In this document: piece after piece, positions 37,292-50,830 of the stretch | How the letters are laid out: each line of letters starts with the position of its first letter | Position numbering within the stretch: the first letter of the stretch is position 1 | NCBI RefSeq assembly: GCF_018350175.1 | Contig: NC_058369.1 | Location: 10,914,001 to 10,978,000, forward strand | Reading direction: 5' to 3' | From: Felis catus | Lineage: Eukaryota | Length of the DNA stretch: 64,000 bases | Position numbers and translations under genes: made by a program | The notes under the pieces: generated by a model | Told to the model about the DNA's origin: nothing | Database searches by the model: none | Seen by the model: only the letters and a program-made list of their open reading frames with translations

Positions 37292-38244
37292 ATGGACCCA
37301 GGAAATGATACCGGAATTTCAGAATTTCTTCTTATGGGATTTTCAGAGGGACCAGAACTTCAGCCCCTCATATTTGGGCTTTTCCTCTCCATGTACCTGA
37401 TCACTGTGTTTGGGAACCTGCTCATCCTCCTGGCCGTCAGCTCTGACTCCCACCTCCACACCCCCATGTACTTCTTCCTGGCCAACCTGTCCTTTGTAGA
37501 CATCTGCTTCACCTCCACCACCGTCCGGAAGATGCTCTGGAACATCCAGACCCAGAGCAAAGTCATAACCTATGCAGGCTGCATCACACAGATATACTTT
37601 TTCATAACCTTTGCAGGGATGGATGACTTTCTCCTGAGTGTGATGGCCTATGACAGTTTGTGGCCATCTGTCACCCCCTGAACTACATGGTCATCATGAA
37701 CCCCCGGCTCTGTGGACTCCTGGTTCTGGTGTCCTGGATCATGAGTGTTCTGTATTCCTTGTTACAAACCTTAATGGCATTTCGGCTGTCCTTCTGTACA
37801 GAGGTGGAAATCCCCCACTTTTTCTGTGAACTCAATCAGATGATCCAACTTGCCTGTCGGGACACCTTTCCCAATAACATGGTGTTGTATTTTGGAGCTA
37901 TGTTGCTGGCTGGTGGTCCCTTCATTGGAATACTTTACTCTTACTCTAAAATAGTTTCCTCCATCTGTGGAATCTCATCAGCTCGAGGCAAATACAAAGC
38001 ATTTTCCACCTGCGCGTCTCACCTCTCGGTTGTCTCCTTATTTTATTGCACAAGCCTAGGAGTGTACCTCAGCTCTGCTGTCACCCAGAGCTCCCACTCA
38101 AGTGCAATATCCTCAGTGATGTATGTGGCGGTCACACCCATGCTGAACCCCTTCATCTACAGCTTGAGGAACAGAGACATAAAGGAGGCTCTGATGAGAT
38201 TCTCTGGGATGGTAGCTACAAAAGGGACAATTGTCCTGGGCTGA
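37292..38244 (+). pseudogene. OR7A-like olfactory receptor with a single 1-nt frameshift (otherwise 317 aa)
   Basis: ATG 37292 ([12 protein letters not shown]) after acceptor TAG 37276-37278; GCC TAT GAC AG TTT GTG lacks one base of the MAYDRF Arg codon (37655-37656); the rest is open to TGA 38244; total 953 nt. Confidence 0.93.
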
Positions 38245-39902
38245 AGAAGTTCCCGTGATTGCAGGGCCCAGAGTCTGAGCCAAAGGTTGAGATTGTTTCA
38301 TCAGATTGTGGAGGTGAAAGATGCCTCTTCTATTTTTTCCTGGAATTTCTATTTTTTTCTTTCACCCTCTCTGCACAATTTATTTAACTCACTTTATTAA
38401 GCTTTCTGATATCTCTTACATCCAAGAGATTTTCCCGTTGTCATTTTCTTCCTCTCCCAAGGTTATTCCTTACTTTGGATTAAAATATTTGGAAATTCTT
38501 ACATATTTTTCAAAGGACAACATGGATATATTAAGAATAATTTCTTCTCATGTGAAATGTATCATAGGGAGTATTTTTTCTTTTATTTGACCAAAAACAA
38601 CAACAATAACAACAACAAAACAACCATTCATGACTTATACTAGTCCTATGGAAAGTCTAGTTTTGGCTACCACAGCTATTGATATAAGTTTAAAACAGAG
38701 AAAGATCTGAGACCACCAGACTTCACTCCTTTGAACATCATTCTTTTCTATATCACTACATTGACTGCTCTTCCTGATAAGGTAGACTTTTATGTACTGG
38801 TTGTTATCACTGATCATGGGGTGTTTTTCCTACACATTAGGTACCTGCTCTGTCACACAGCTTGTGTCCATCATGCTTACCAGAGTCACTGGCAAAAAAA
38901 AATGATAATAAAATGCATGTCTCCAAGTGGAATCTACAAAGAAAGAGAAACATGGAAAAAATAGATTGATATAATATGGCCTTTTAAGTCAAACTTGACT
39001 TTAAGTATGATGGCACAAAATATTAAGTCATGCATTTATCACTATGCAAAATATTTCCTTCTCAGGCACTTTAACTGCTCATTGAATTACAGAATATCAG
39101 GGTTCGTGTGTAAAGTGTATTCGTTAAGATGAAAGGCCGGTGGCATGTTTTGGGTTTTATTAAATTATTTTCTGGTTTCTGAAAATGCCCAGTGCTACTT
39201 ATAAAGGTGAGCCCTTCCATTTCTCTAAATGAAATATCTCCCACTATTTGAAATTTTGCCAAAACCACTGAGGAGGCAGCAAATGAGTAATATCCGTATT
39301 GTCTGTTTTACATCTTCCTCCTTCTTAATCGCTGGATGACTCCCCAGCAAGTGTGGATTCCTGTCCAGGTATGTGAATCGGAGTCACAAGCTTTGTGCAA
39401 ACATACATGACCTTCCAAAATTTCCGTGTTACCTGAAAGGGGCTCAGTGGAGTCATTTTTTAATACATTTGTCTGAAATAAACTTGAAGAATAGAGTAAT
39501 CCTGATGCTTCAATTATGCTACCTACAAACTCCTAGAATAAAAAGAATCAGATTATGACAAATGGCCTCATTTCTGCCCAATTTGATTATTATATCAGGT
39601 AGCTATTGCTGTGCCCAAAGCATCCTCAAATAAAATAGCTTACTACATATATTTATTATTGAATGGGATTGTAGGGTAGGAAGTTGTTCAGATCTCTGCT
39701 GGGCTCCTCATGAGTCCATAGTCAGGTGTGAATCTCTACATTGTGTTTTGAAGGCTCGTCCATGAGGTGTGTGGTTCTAGTGTCCTTCCGTCTTGAACTG
39801 ACTTATGTCAGTTTACTCCTTTTCTATATGTGGGCTAATCTTCTAGTCTACAAAACGTGAGTTTATTGAATGTGATTTGTCTTAATTTAGTTCCACTATT
39901 TT

Positions 39903-40120
39903 AAAAAAAATTTTTTTCAACGTTTATTTATTTTTGGGACAGAGAGAGACAGAGCATGAACGGGGGAGGGGTAGAGAGAGAGGGAGACACAGAATCGGAA
40001 ACAGGCTCCAGGCTCTGAGCCATCAGCCCAGAGCCCAACGCGGGGCTCGAACTCACGGACCGCGAGATCGTGACCTGGCTGAAGTTGGACGCCTAACCGA
40101 CTGTGCCACCCAGGCGCCCC
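39903..40120 (-). mobile_element. Young feline Can-SINE
   Basis: Target duplication TAGTTCCACTATTTT at 39888 and 40121. Confidence 0.93.
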
Positions 40121-40614
40121 TAGTTCCACTATTTTAATATTTACATGTGAACCTTTGCTTTTTCACAGCTCGTAGAGAGATCTCCCACCCCATTAGGTGT
40201 GACTCAGCTCACTGTGCTCCAGATCTGACCCTGAGTCATGCACCAGTAGAATTTTTAATTTCTAATTAACTTAATGGAGCATTATTACATGCGACAAACT
40301 GCACATATTTAAAGTATACAACTTTAAATTGAAAGAGTCATTGAAAAATCATGGGTACATACTGCATGATTCCATTTATCTAGAACTCAAGAAGGCTCAC
40401 AGTAAGTTTTAACTGCTTTGTTATGCAATTTTTAGTCTATGATCCCTCTAACCATCGCTTTCTTCTGAAGGCAACGTGGAAGATAAACATAACTTCAAGA
40501 GATGTGGTGAGGAAAGATGATGTGTAGAAATACTGTTCAGTCCAAAGACTGTTCAAGAATAAGGGTTGTGTATGCAAATATACATACAAATGTATGTGTA
40601 TTTATGTACATTTT

Positions 40615-41045
40615 TCTTTTTTAAAATCTGAACTTTATTGTCAAATTGTTTTCCATACAACACCCAGTGCTCATCCCAACAGGTGCCCTCCTCAATGCCC
40701 ATCACCCACTTTCCCCTCCCTCCCACCCCCCATTAACCCTCAGTTTTATTTTTTTTTTTAATTTTTTTTTCAACGTTTATTTTTGGGACAGAGAGAGACA
40801 GAGCATGAACGGGCGAGGGGCAGAGAGAGAGGGAGACACAGAATCAGAAACAGGCTCCAGGCTCTGAGCCATCAGCCCAGAGCCCGATGCGGGGCTCGAA
40901 CTCGCGGACTGCGAGATCGTGACCTGGCTGAAGTCGGACGCTTAACCGACTGCGCCACCCAGGTGCCCCAACTCTCAGTTTTAAGAGGGTTTATTCTCAG
41001 TTTTTAAGAGTCTCTTATGGTTTGCCTCCCTCCATCTCTAACTTG
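40615..41045 (-). mobile_element. Feline L1 3' UTR fragment with nested young SINE (40745-40969)
   Basis: TTATTGTCAAATTG...CAACACCCAGTGCTCATCCC motif interrupted by a SINE. Confidence 0.88.
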
Positions 41046-41799
41046 TATATTTTTCTTTCAAACAAACTCACTCACATACATAGATGTACATGCATGAAAT
41101 TCATGACCCTTATTGTAACTCATTATAACTTACATATTGTGTTGAAAGAAAGCTTGAGAGAAACTTGAGGGTAAAGAAAGGAAGAGAATGAAGGTTTGCC
41201 TTAACTTGGAATTCTAGGAATGTAGAAATTTAGACAAAAAAAATTAGAGTAGAACAGGTGGCCTTATTTTTAACAATGAATCATGTTCCTTATCTTAATG
41301 CCCAGAGGTCTCAGAAACAGTATCATATTTGCATTTATGCAAGGAGAAATCCTGTGTACTGGCTCATAAGGCTGAGTATCTCCAAATTTACTTCAGGTTT
41401 TGTTTCTTCTACTCAAGTAGGGTTTCAACAAAAAATGCCCTTAGTCAAGGAAGCTACGTAAATGAGTTGAGAGTCTTGGGTTCTATTTCTTCAAAGAAAA
41501 TTTTTTGGGTGAATGTCTTTGTCATTTCCCAACTGCTGCCTTATACAATTATCACATTAAAGGTTTAAAAGAAACAAATTTCCACTCTTTCAGGTCTGGA
41601 GGTCAATGCCGAAAATGAGTCTCATTGGGCTAAAATCAAGATGTCTTTGCAGGGCACAAGAGAGCTTGAATTCCTGCTCAGTTATGTGATTCCAGGACAC
41701 CATATTTTTTCCACACAAATGCAAATCCTTCCAACCTCTACTGATAACTGAAAAGGAATCATTTTTTTAATAATTATCCAAAATAAACTTGAATAACAG

Positions 41800-42330
41800 A
41801 ATGATCATGAATGTTGCTGCATAGCAAACCATCCTGAAAGCAAACGTCTTGGTAGAATGTCTTTAGAATTCAGTGGAATTATATGGTGCTGAGTTGTTCT
41901 AATCTCTGTTGATCTCCTCAAGGGTCTTGAGTCAGCTGTGTGTCAGCTGGGGAGGCTCTGCTGATCTTTCCAGGGCATTCTAATATAATTGGGGCTAGAC
42001 TAGCTATCTGTGGCTGATCCAGGGTGGCCTTGACTTGGACAACTGGGCTGTGCTCCATATGTCCCCACTTCCTCTGCAGGCCATCTCATTTTATTCACTT
42101 TGCAGAGCCATAGTTCCAAGAGAGAGAAGCAGAAATGCACAAGGCCTTTAAGTTCCACTGTCACTTCTATCATATTATGCTGGCTGCAGTAAATGAAAAA
42201 TCCTAATCCATCCAGAATCAAAGGTGGAAGAATAGTCTCCACCTCCTGATGTAAGGTACTGTGCACATTGCCAAAGATATGGCTACCGAGAAAGACCGGC
42301 ATTTGGGGCCATCTCTGCAAACATTCTACC
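41800..42330. mobile_element. Old MaLR LTR (MLT1-like)
   Basis: TGGCCTTGACTTGGACAACTGGGCT...TCACTTCTATCAT...CCAGAATCAAAGG...CTCCACCTCCTGATG signature. Confidence 0.6.
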
Positions 42331-42809
42331 ATGGCTGTTAATTTCAATTCAGTAGGTTTCATTTCCACTTCCACCTTCAGCAGTGCAATGATCTGACAAG
42401 AGAGTGAGAATTAGGTGTCTAATGATCAGTTATGGAAGTTCTACTCCAGATGGTCAAGCTTTCCTCCAAATGTAAGTTTCCTCCTCACCACTTGCCTATA
42501 GATCAACATTCTTAGTAAAAGAAAAGGACAAAGAAACCAAGGTTTTCTTTCCAGTTGCCTCAGAGAGACTGGGGACCCTGTATCTAACTCGTTGATTAAT
42601 GAAGTTAGCAACTATTGTATCACTGATGCTATTTTTAGGGCATCCTTCTGTAGATACTGTTTTTCTATTGATTGACCTTCCCATTGACATACTCATAAAG
42701 GTTTTCATCCTGGTACTGTTTGTTTGTTTGTTTGTTTGTTTGTTTGTTTATTGGGAGGGTTCCATTGGGAGGAGGTTACATTGGAAATGCAAATAAAAGA
42801 CAGAGACAT

Positions 42810-43440
42810 TGGAACATATTTTCTTCGTTTATTCAGCTCTATTGAAATTTCATTGACAAATAAAATTATGGAAGTTTAAGCATACAACTTGGTGATTTCA
42901 CATATTTATATGTTGTGAAATAATCATCACAATAGATTAGTGAATACATCCATCACTTCACATAGTTACCATTTCTTTTTGTTGGAAGAACATTTACTAT
43001 GTACTCTGTCAGCAACATTCAAATATACAACACAATATAGTTAAGTATAATGACCACGTTGTACATTAAGTTCCCAGAACTTATTCTTCTTATAACAGAC
43101 AGTTTTTAGGCTTCCACTAGCACCTTCTCATTTCCCCAAACACTAGCCACTGGCAAACATCAACCTACTCTCTGTTTCTATGGTTCAGATTTTTATATCT
43201 CACATATAAATGAGATCATAAAGTATTTGTCTTTCTCTGTCTGATACTTTTACTTAGCATAATGCCCCCAGGGTGCATCCATCTTTGAGCAAAGGAAAGC
43301 ATGTCTTCCTTTTGAATTGGTGAAGTCCACTGTATAGATGTCATCATTATTAATTCATCTGTCAATGGATGCTGGGCTGTTTCCATGTCTTGGCTATTGT
43401 GAATCATGCTGCAGTGGATGTGAGAGTACAGATATCTGAC
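42810..43440 (-). mobile_element. Old L1M 3' end
   Basis: CATCACTTCACATAGTTACC...CTCTGTTTCTATG...GTCTTTCTCTGTCTG motif. Confidence 0.85.
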
Positions 43441-43489
43441 ATGCTGACAAATACGTGGGAATTAAACCATGCACTCGTGAATGACTGAT

Positions 43490-44880
43490 GTGTGAAAGAA
43501 AAAAAATCAAAAAGCAAATTTAAAATCTTAAATCAAATGAAAATGTTAACATAGCATATCACAACTTATGGGATGTTACAAAAGCAGTTCTCAGAGGGAA
43601 GTTTATAGTAATAAGTGCCTACGTTAAGAAAAAAACGACCTTAAGAAAATAACCTAACTTTATCTTTGAAAGACCCAGGAAAAGAAGCACCAACTAAGTC
43701 CAAAGCAGCAGAGGAAAAGAAATAACAGATATCAGAGCAGACATAGATGATATATAGACCAGAAAACCAGTAGAAAAGATTAATAAAATGAGGAGCCAAT
43801 TTTTTGAAAAGCTAGGCAAAATTGACAAGCCTTTACTTTGACCAAAAAGGGGGGGGGGAGGGCAGGGAGAAGACCCAAATAAATAAAATCAATAGCAAAT
43901 GGTGATGCTTTACAACCAAAACCACAGAAATAGAAAGAATCATGGGAGACCACTATCAACTATCTCACAGCAACAAATTGGGCAACCTACAAGAAATAGA
44001 TAAATCCCTAGAAATGTACAATGTAACAACAGAATCAGGAATAAATAGTAAATGTGAAGAGACCAATAAGTAGGGATATTAAATTGGTAATCAAAAATCT
44101 TCCAGCAAAAAAAAAAGCCCAGAATCAGAGAGCATCACAGGTGAGTTCTACTAATCATATAAAGAAAAATTAATGATAAGTCTTCTCAAACTCTTCCAGA
44201 AACTTAGAAAGGAAGACACATTTTCAAACTCATTTCCCAAGGCTGGCATTACCCTATACCAAAGGTAGAAAAGGTCAGTACAAAAAAAGAAAAATATAGA
44301 CCAGTATCCCTGCTGAACACACACACAAAATTTTTCAAAAATATCAGGAAACTGAATCAAACAACACATTAAAGGAAGTACACACCATGATCAAGTGGGA
44401 ATTATCCCTGGCATATGAGGATGGTTCAGCACAAGCAAATCAATAAAGGTGATACGCCACATTAATAGAATGAAATATAACGATCATATCATCTCAATAC
44501 ACGCAAAAAGCTTTTGACAAAATACAACATCCTTTCACGATTATAAAAAAAAAAATCTTCAACAAACTGGGTATAGGGGGAACATACCTCAACATGAAAG
44601 AAAAAGGCTGTATATGACAAACCCACAATAACACTGTACTCAATCATGGAAAGGTTAGAAAACTTCTCTTCCGAGATCATCAGCAACACAACGGTGTCCA
44701 CCTAGCTAAAGCATTCAGGCAAGATTAAAAAAAAATGCATCCTGATGTTTTCCTTAGAAAAGTGTCTATTCATGTCTTCTGCTCATTTCTTCATTGGATT
44801 CTAAATCAGAAAGAAAGAAGTAAAATTCTCTTGATTTATAGATGATATGAACTGAATATAGAAAACCCTTTAGATTCAAC
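43490..44880 (+). mobile_element. L1 ORF2 fragment (degraded)
   Basis: AACTTATGGGATG..ACAAAAGCAGT...ACCATGATCAAGTGGGA...AAAAGCTTTTGACAAAATACAACATCC. Confidence 0.9.
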
Positions 44881-47191
44881 CCTTAAGAACACACTCACCA
44901 TGATGAGCACCAAGTAACATGTAGAATTGTTGAATCACTATGTTGTACTGAACTACATTGTTCTGTGTGTTGATTTTCTGCCCTGCACCAATACAACTTT
45001 ATTGAATTGAAAATTACACATGTGGTACACCTTTTGCAGACATGGCCCCAAATACCACTTATCCCTGTATCCATGTACTTTGCAATGTGACTGGGAAGCT
45101 CCTCCCATTTCTCCACCTTTGAATCTGGGTTAAATTTAGTATTTTATTTGCCTTGGCTAATACTATCTGGTAAAAATGACAACGTGCCTCAAGGGTCTTT
45201 GGCGTGTTTCTGCTGCTCTCTTGGAACCCTGCCTCTGCCATTGAAACAAGTCCAAGCAAGCCTACTGTAGGAGGAGAAATCATGTGGAGCAGAGCCCAGT
45301 TGCTCTAAAGATGGTCAACCTAGCCTAGCCTATCTAGGAACCAGCAAGTTCCCAGATGTGAGAATGCATCCAGGATTAACAGAGCACTTCCAGCAGACCC
45401 ACAGCTGACCACAACCTCATGAGGAGACCAACAGAGAGGGGAAGACTTCCCAAACATAGATTCCCATGTGATCGTTGGAGATAGAATGTGTTATGCTAAC
45501 CGAAATGAGTCGATCAGAGAGAGAAATATCATATGAGTTCACTGATAACGTGGAATGTAACAATCCAAATAGATGAACATATGGGGGGAGAAAAGAGTGG
45601 GGAAAAAAAGCCACAAGATGCTTTTAATGATAGAGAAGAAAGTGTAGGTTGATGGAGGGAGGTAGGTGGGTGATGGGCTAGATGGGTGATGGGCACTAAG
45701 GAGTACACTTGTTGTGATGAGCACTGGGTGTTGTGTGTAAGTGATGAATCACTAAATTCTTCTTCTAAAACCAATAGCACACTACATATTAACTAATTAA
45801 AATATAAATTTTAAAAATTTAGAAAGCATTATCTTAAATCATTTACCTTTGGCAAGGCTTGTTACGCACCAATAGCTTACTGATACAATAACCAATATGA
45901 AAAAATCTGAGACAATTAAGAATAATCTACTGCTTTTTATTTTTGGCATTTGTTCTGATATTTGAAGACGGCATTATAATGACCTGGTTATTCACATTTA
46001 TTTCAGATCAATGTACTAAAAAGTGACTACCATTCAGGTTCTCTTCTAGGTAACTGGTAGAGATTGGAAAGACCTATATGTTTTTTGTGTGGATAATTTG
46101 TGGGACTCTTGGTCACAAGACTCCATACCCAGAGCATCACTGGGCAGGAATTCAAGCTCCTGTCCACGTCATCCTCTGATCATGAGGATTGAAGAGAGTT
46201 TAGAGCATAAAAAAGGTAAAGAAATTAATCCCAGAGAGAATACACATATGGTTCACTCACTCACACTGTAATTTTTATGACAGCATTTTTAAAGATGAGA
46301 TATTAAGTTTAGGACAATGGAGGAAACAATACTTGTAGGCAACACTGGAAATTTTCAAGTAGAAACAACAAAATCATTCAATTAAATAATATAAAATCTG
46401 CCACTCTTCACTCCAATTAATAAAACCCTTTAAACATGGACACCAAATATCTCACACCTCAATAAGTAGATATACATCATCAAAAACATATTTTCTGCAA
46501 TAAAATACGGCATGATTGAAAATTTTATGTCATCATTTTTTCAGGTCTTCTCGGATAGTAAGCCCATATTAGTCACTTGGTTTATGCAAATTTGTCTTTC
46601 TGTACTTTACACTTGGAGCAGAGCACGTTTTTCATAAGGAATTTTTGCCTTACTATTCTGTGCCAGGGATACTGTGGATGCTGAGCTGATAAGAGAGAGA
46701 ACAGGATCCTAATGAGGATCCTAAAACCCCATGACTAACTACAAAACAAACTAATATGTTAAAGTCTACATTATCAGGAAAAGCATGCAAGGTAGTCATG
46801 TAGACAGGAATATGCAGTCACAGAATTTCCTCTACAGTAAAATTATATAAATGGCCTCAGTTGCCAAATATAGTTTATTCCACAAAACTGGTACAGTTCA
46901 TCACTATGTGAGGCAAACGGGAATCTCCAAACTGTTTCTGATTCAAGGTTGGACTAACTTTGGAAAGCAAGAAAACAAAAAAAAGGAAAAACTGTTGGGT
47001 ACCAGAAGGAGCATAAAGTTAAACAAAGGGACTTATTTAAACTTAATAAAGCAGTCGAACTTTGGAAAAATTGAAATTCCAGGATATGAATAGAGGGATT
47101 AAGTTCTTCCATGATCCGATTAAAGGATCACAATCTCTGGCTGTTAAACTTTGAGCCAGCAATCACAGGTACTTCTGGGAAAATGGCCCTT

Positions 47192-48122
47192 TTATGGCTT
47201 CCCTCTGAAAAATACATTTAGAGCCTCCTTTCTGTCTCTGTTCCTCAGGCTGTAGATGAAGGGGTTCAGCATGGGCGTGACCACTGTGTACATCACTTAG
47301 GATATTGCACTTGACTGGGAGCTCTGGGTAGCAGCAGAGCTGAGGTACACTCCCAGGCCCATACAATAAAATAAGGAGACAACCGAGAGGTGAGATGTAC
47401 AGGTGGAAAATGCCTTATACCTGCCCAGAGCTGATGAGATCCCACGTATGGAGGAAACTATCTTAGAATAAGAGTACAGGACCCCAGCCAGGGGAGCACC
47501 ACCCAACAGCACAGCTGCAAGATATATCACCGTGTCATTAAGAAAGGTGTCAGAGCAGGCAAGTTGGATCATCTGATTGAGCTCACAGAAAAAGTGGGGG
47601 ATTTGCATGCCTGTCCAGAAGGACAGCTGCAACACCATTAAGGTTTCTAACAAGGAATGCAGGATGTTCATGATCCAGGACACCAGACCCAGCAGTCCAC
47701 AGAGCCAGGGGTTCATGGTGACTGGGTAGTGTAGCGGGTGACAGATGACCACAAAGCTGTCATAAGTCGTCAGTCAGGAGGAAGTTGTCTAAACCTACAA
47801 AGAGTATGAAAAAGTACATCTGCATGACACAGCTTTCATAAGTTATGACTTTTACGACTTTTCTGTGTTTGTACATTCCCATCTGGGGGACCGTGGTGAA
47901 GGCGACATAGATGTTTATGAAGGACAGGTGGTCAAGGAAGAAGTACATGGGCGTGTGGAGGTGGGAGTCAGACTTTACAGCCAGGATGATGAGCAAATTC
48001 CCAAGTATGGTGACCAGGTACATGGACAGGAACAGCCCAAAGAGGAAGGGTTGCAATTCTGGTTCCTCCAAAGATCCCAGAAGAAGAAATTTTGAACTTC
48101 GTGTATCATTGCCTAGTTCCAT
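47192..48122 (-). pseudogene. OR7A-like olfactory receptor pseudogene
   Basis: ATG 48122 ([12 protein letters not shown]); frame disruption near 47850-47885 and near 47760-47770 (MAYD region), premature TAA at 47297; natural end [11 protein letters not shown] (47192) resembles the FRGKQ end of human OR7A10/OR7A17. Confidence 0.95.
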
Positions 48123-48249
48123 GTAGTCGATGTGACTATCAAAATAAGAGGGAAAAAGCATGACACGATCATGCATTGCTAATCTGGCAGATACATCATT
48201 GTTTATATTTTGCAGTCAGGAAATTAATTTTTACATTTGTAAATGGGGC

Positions 48250-49116
48250 ATGTTAAAAACACTAAAATCTAGGAATAGAAGGAAACTATCTCAACATAAA
48301 GCCCTGTATGAAAACCCCACAGCAAACACGTGCTCAAGGGTGATACAGTGAGCATTTTCCTGTATGATCAGAAGCAAGGAAAGGATGCCCACTTTCACAA
48401 CTTCTACTCAACACTGGAAGTTCTAGCCAGAGCAATTAAAGAAAGAAAAGGTATCCAAAATGGTTAGAAAGAAATAAAGGTATGCGTGTAGATGATGTGA
48501 TCTTGTATGTAGAAAATCCTGAAGATAACACCAAAAAACTAGTACCTCCAATAAATTAATTCAGCCAAGAAACTGGGTACACAGCCAACCCTCAAAAAAT
48601 CAATTGCATATTTACATACAAAGAAGGAATGATCTGAAAAGGAAATAAAACGATTCCCTTTATGTGACACCCCAAAGAAGAAGACTATCGCCTCACTCCA
48701 GTCAGAATGGCTAGTATAACGAGACAAGACACAAATGTTGGTGAGGATGTGGAGAAGAGGGAACACTCATCCACGTTGGTGGGAATGCTAACTGGTGCGG
48801 CCACTGTGGAAAACAGTATGGAGGCTCCTCAAAGCAATTACATGATCAGGTAATTCTGTTGCTGGATATTTCCCCAAAGACAACAAAAACACTAATTCAA
48901 AAATGTATACGCACCCCATGTTTATTACACCATTGTTTACAGTAGCCACTCTTTGGAAGCGTCCAGTGACAGATGAATGTGTAAAGTAGCTTGGCAAATA
49001 TATTTATATATTTACATACAAAAAATTGAATATTACTCCTCCGTAAAAAGGAATGAGACCTTGCCATTTGCAACAACATGGATGGAGAGTATAGGGTGCT
49101 ATACTGAGTGAAATAA
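48250..49116 (+). mobile_element. Degraded L1 ORF2/3' fragment into which the ERV LTR is inserted
   Basis: TATGAAAACCCCACAGC...TTGGTGAGGATGTGGAGAA...TTGCCATTTGCAACAACATGGATG...AGTGAAATAA, ending at the LTR. Confidence 0.88.
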
Positions 49117-49436
49117 CGTAGCAGGATTCTCGTGCAGAGAGTCATAACTCCGAGGCGTTTCTTTCCAGGAGGCAACTCGATTCCGGCCGGCACTGCTCAG
49201 TTGGGTTTGTACCCAAAGAACTGAGCCCCCAACGTCCCGTGGCATAGTTTTTTTTTAATATATTTTTATTTCTTTGTCTTCTGTATATGGTAACATACAA
49301 AAACATGTAGTCTGATCAAGTAGTCTCAGTTCACAAGGTCATGAGGGATATTGTCACATAGGCACATGGCCAGGCTATCTTGTTTTTTTCCTTTTCTCTC
49401 TTTTTCTTCTCTCCTTAGGGAGGGGACCCTACCACA
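49117..49436 (-). mobile_element. 3' LTR of the ERV (about 320 bp)
   Basis: Minus strand AAAGGTGGGGA (PPT) followed by TGTGGTAGGG at 49436; ends ...CCTGCTACG (CA mutated) against L1 at 49117; AATAAA at 49270-49265. Confidence 0.75.
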
Positions 49437-49559
49437 TCCCCACCTTTGATGCTCAGACCCCCCCCCCCTATTTTGGGACAAAGAGCATCATCTTGGTTTA
49501 GAGGTTAATATTTTTATAACAGTATTACACGAGTGGCCGTCCTTTCTAAATCATGGCCT

Positions 49560-50830
49560 CAATGAGACTGGAGGCAGACCGTACAACCAGGGGAGCTAAG
49601 CATCCAGGGATAAGCATCTGTACAACCAGGGGTAAGATTAAGCATTCTCCCAAAATTAGGAGGATAATTCCCATGAGGGTTTTGAATACACTGAGTTGAA
49701 AAACATCCTCCAAATAACTCCCCGGGGTCCCAACTTTTCCGGGGTCTGGACAGGGACATTAGCAACGTTTTTATTTGATCTGTGATCTCCTCTACGACTT
49801 TTCCCTCATCTATCTGTAGGCAGCAGTTGCTAAGGTTAAATCTTCCACAGACATCTCTCTCAGAAGCAAGCAGGTAATCTGAGGCCACGCGATTCTGATC
49901 ATGGCATTGCACATTTTGGTTTGCTGCTTGCCTAGTAAGTTAAGAGCTCTGGCAGCTTCACTGGTTATAATTTTTATAACTGCTTGTAGTCTGATTATGC
50001 ACTTTAGCATGTAGATGGGAGCACGATGGCCCCAGGACCCGTCCTCTGTCCAGGTGGCCGGGCCATAATATTGGATTATACGCTCAGGAGGCCATTCATC
50101 ATCTTTTTAGTTGCCAATTTGTAAAGCATACCGCTTTCTTTGAATCTCCCTGTCCCCATACACTCGGACTCCCAAATGTTTCCTTCTGGCAAGTAGGAGC
50201 AGGAAGAAAGATGGACGAAGAGTTCCCACCATGTATGACCCTGACCAGACTGAGGGAAGTACTATATAGGCTGTCCTTCCACATATCCAGGCTAGTCCAC
50301 CTGGGACCCGCCATTTGACGGCTATATTGACCTTGTCTCCAGGCCTCTTGGAGATGAGAGAAGTTAGACAAGGGGTGGGGATCTGGCTCAAGGTGATCTG
50401 GGGTCCCCTACCATTGGGTTTTCCGGGCAGTTGAGTTATAAACCCTTTGGCTTACACATGTTAAATTTTTAACAGAGACGAAAATGAACTTTTTCCCCAA
50501 CAGGCAAGAAAATTTTTCCCAATAATTGAGCTTCTGAGAAGCCAAACCCTGGTAGTAGGACTGGGGTATTTTGTTGTACTATAAGGTTTGTGGGGATCTA
50601 ATTTTCTAGTCTCTCATGGCCATTGTTTCCCCGTGTTGGTACCAACGAAGTATCCAATCCACAAAGGGAGGGTGAGTGTTCACAGAAACCTCTCACCACG
50701 TTTCTGGCTGGCCGGGGTGGCCTCGGCCAATCCCATGGCAAAGAGTAGAGCAAGAATCATGATAATAGTGAGAAACAAGGCATGACAGTGCATCACAGCA
50801 AGAAAACATACAGAAAATAACGACGGTCTT
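49560..50830 (-). pseudogene. env: ERV env pseudogene, ERV3/HERV-E-like
   Basis: [43 protein letters not shown] and CX6CC-type GRFNLSNCC; stops and frameshifts; SU appears internally shortened. Confidence 0.88.

Noticed and set aside
49559..50830. Possible domesticated env (syncytin-like) gene
   Set aside because: Multiple stops and frameshifts and a shortened SU; no long ORF
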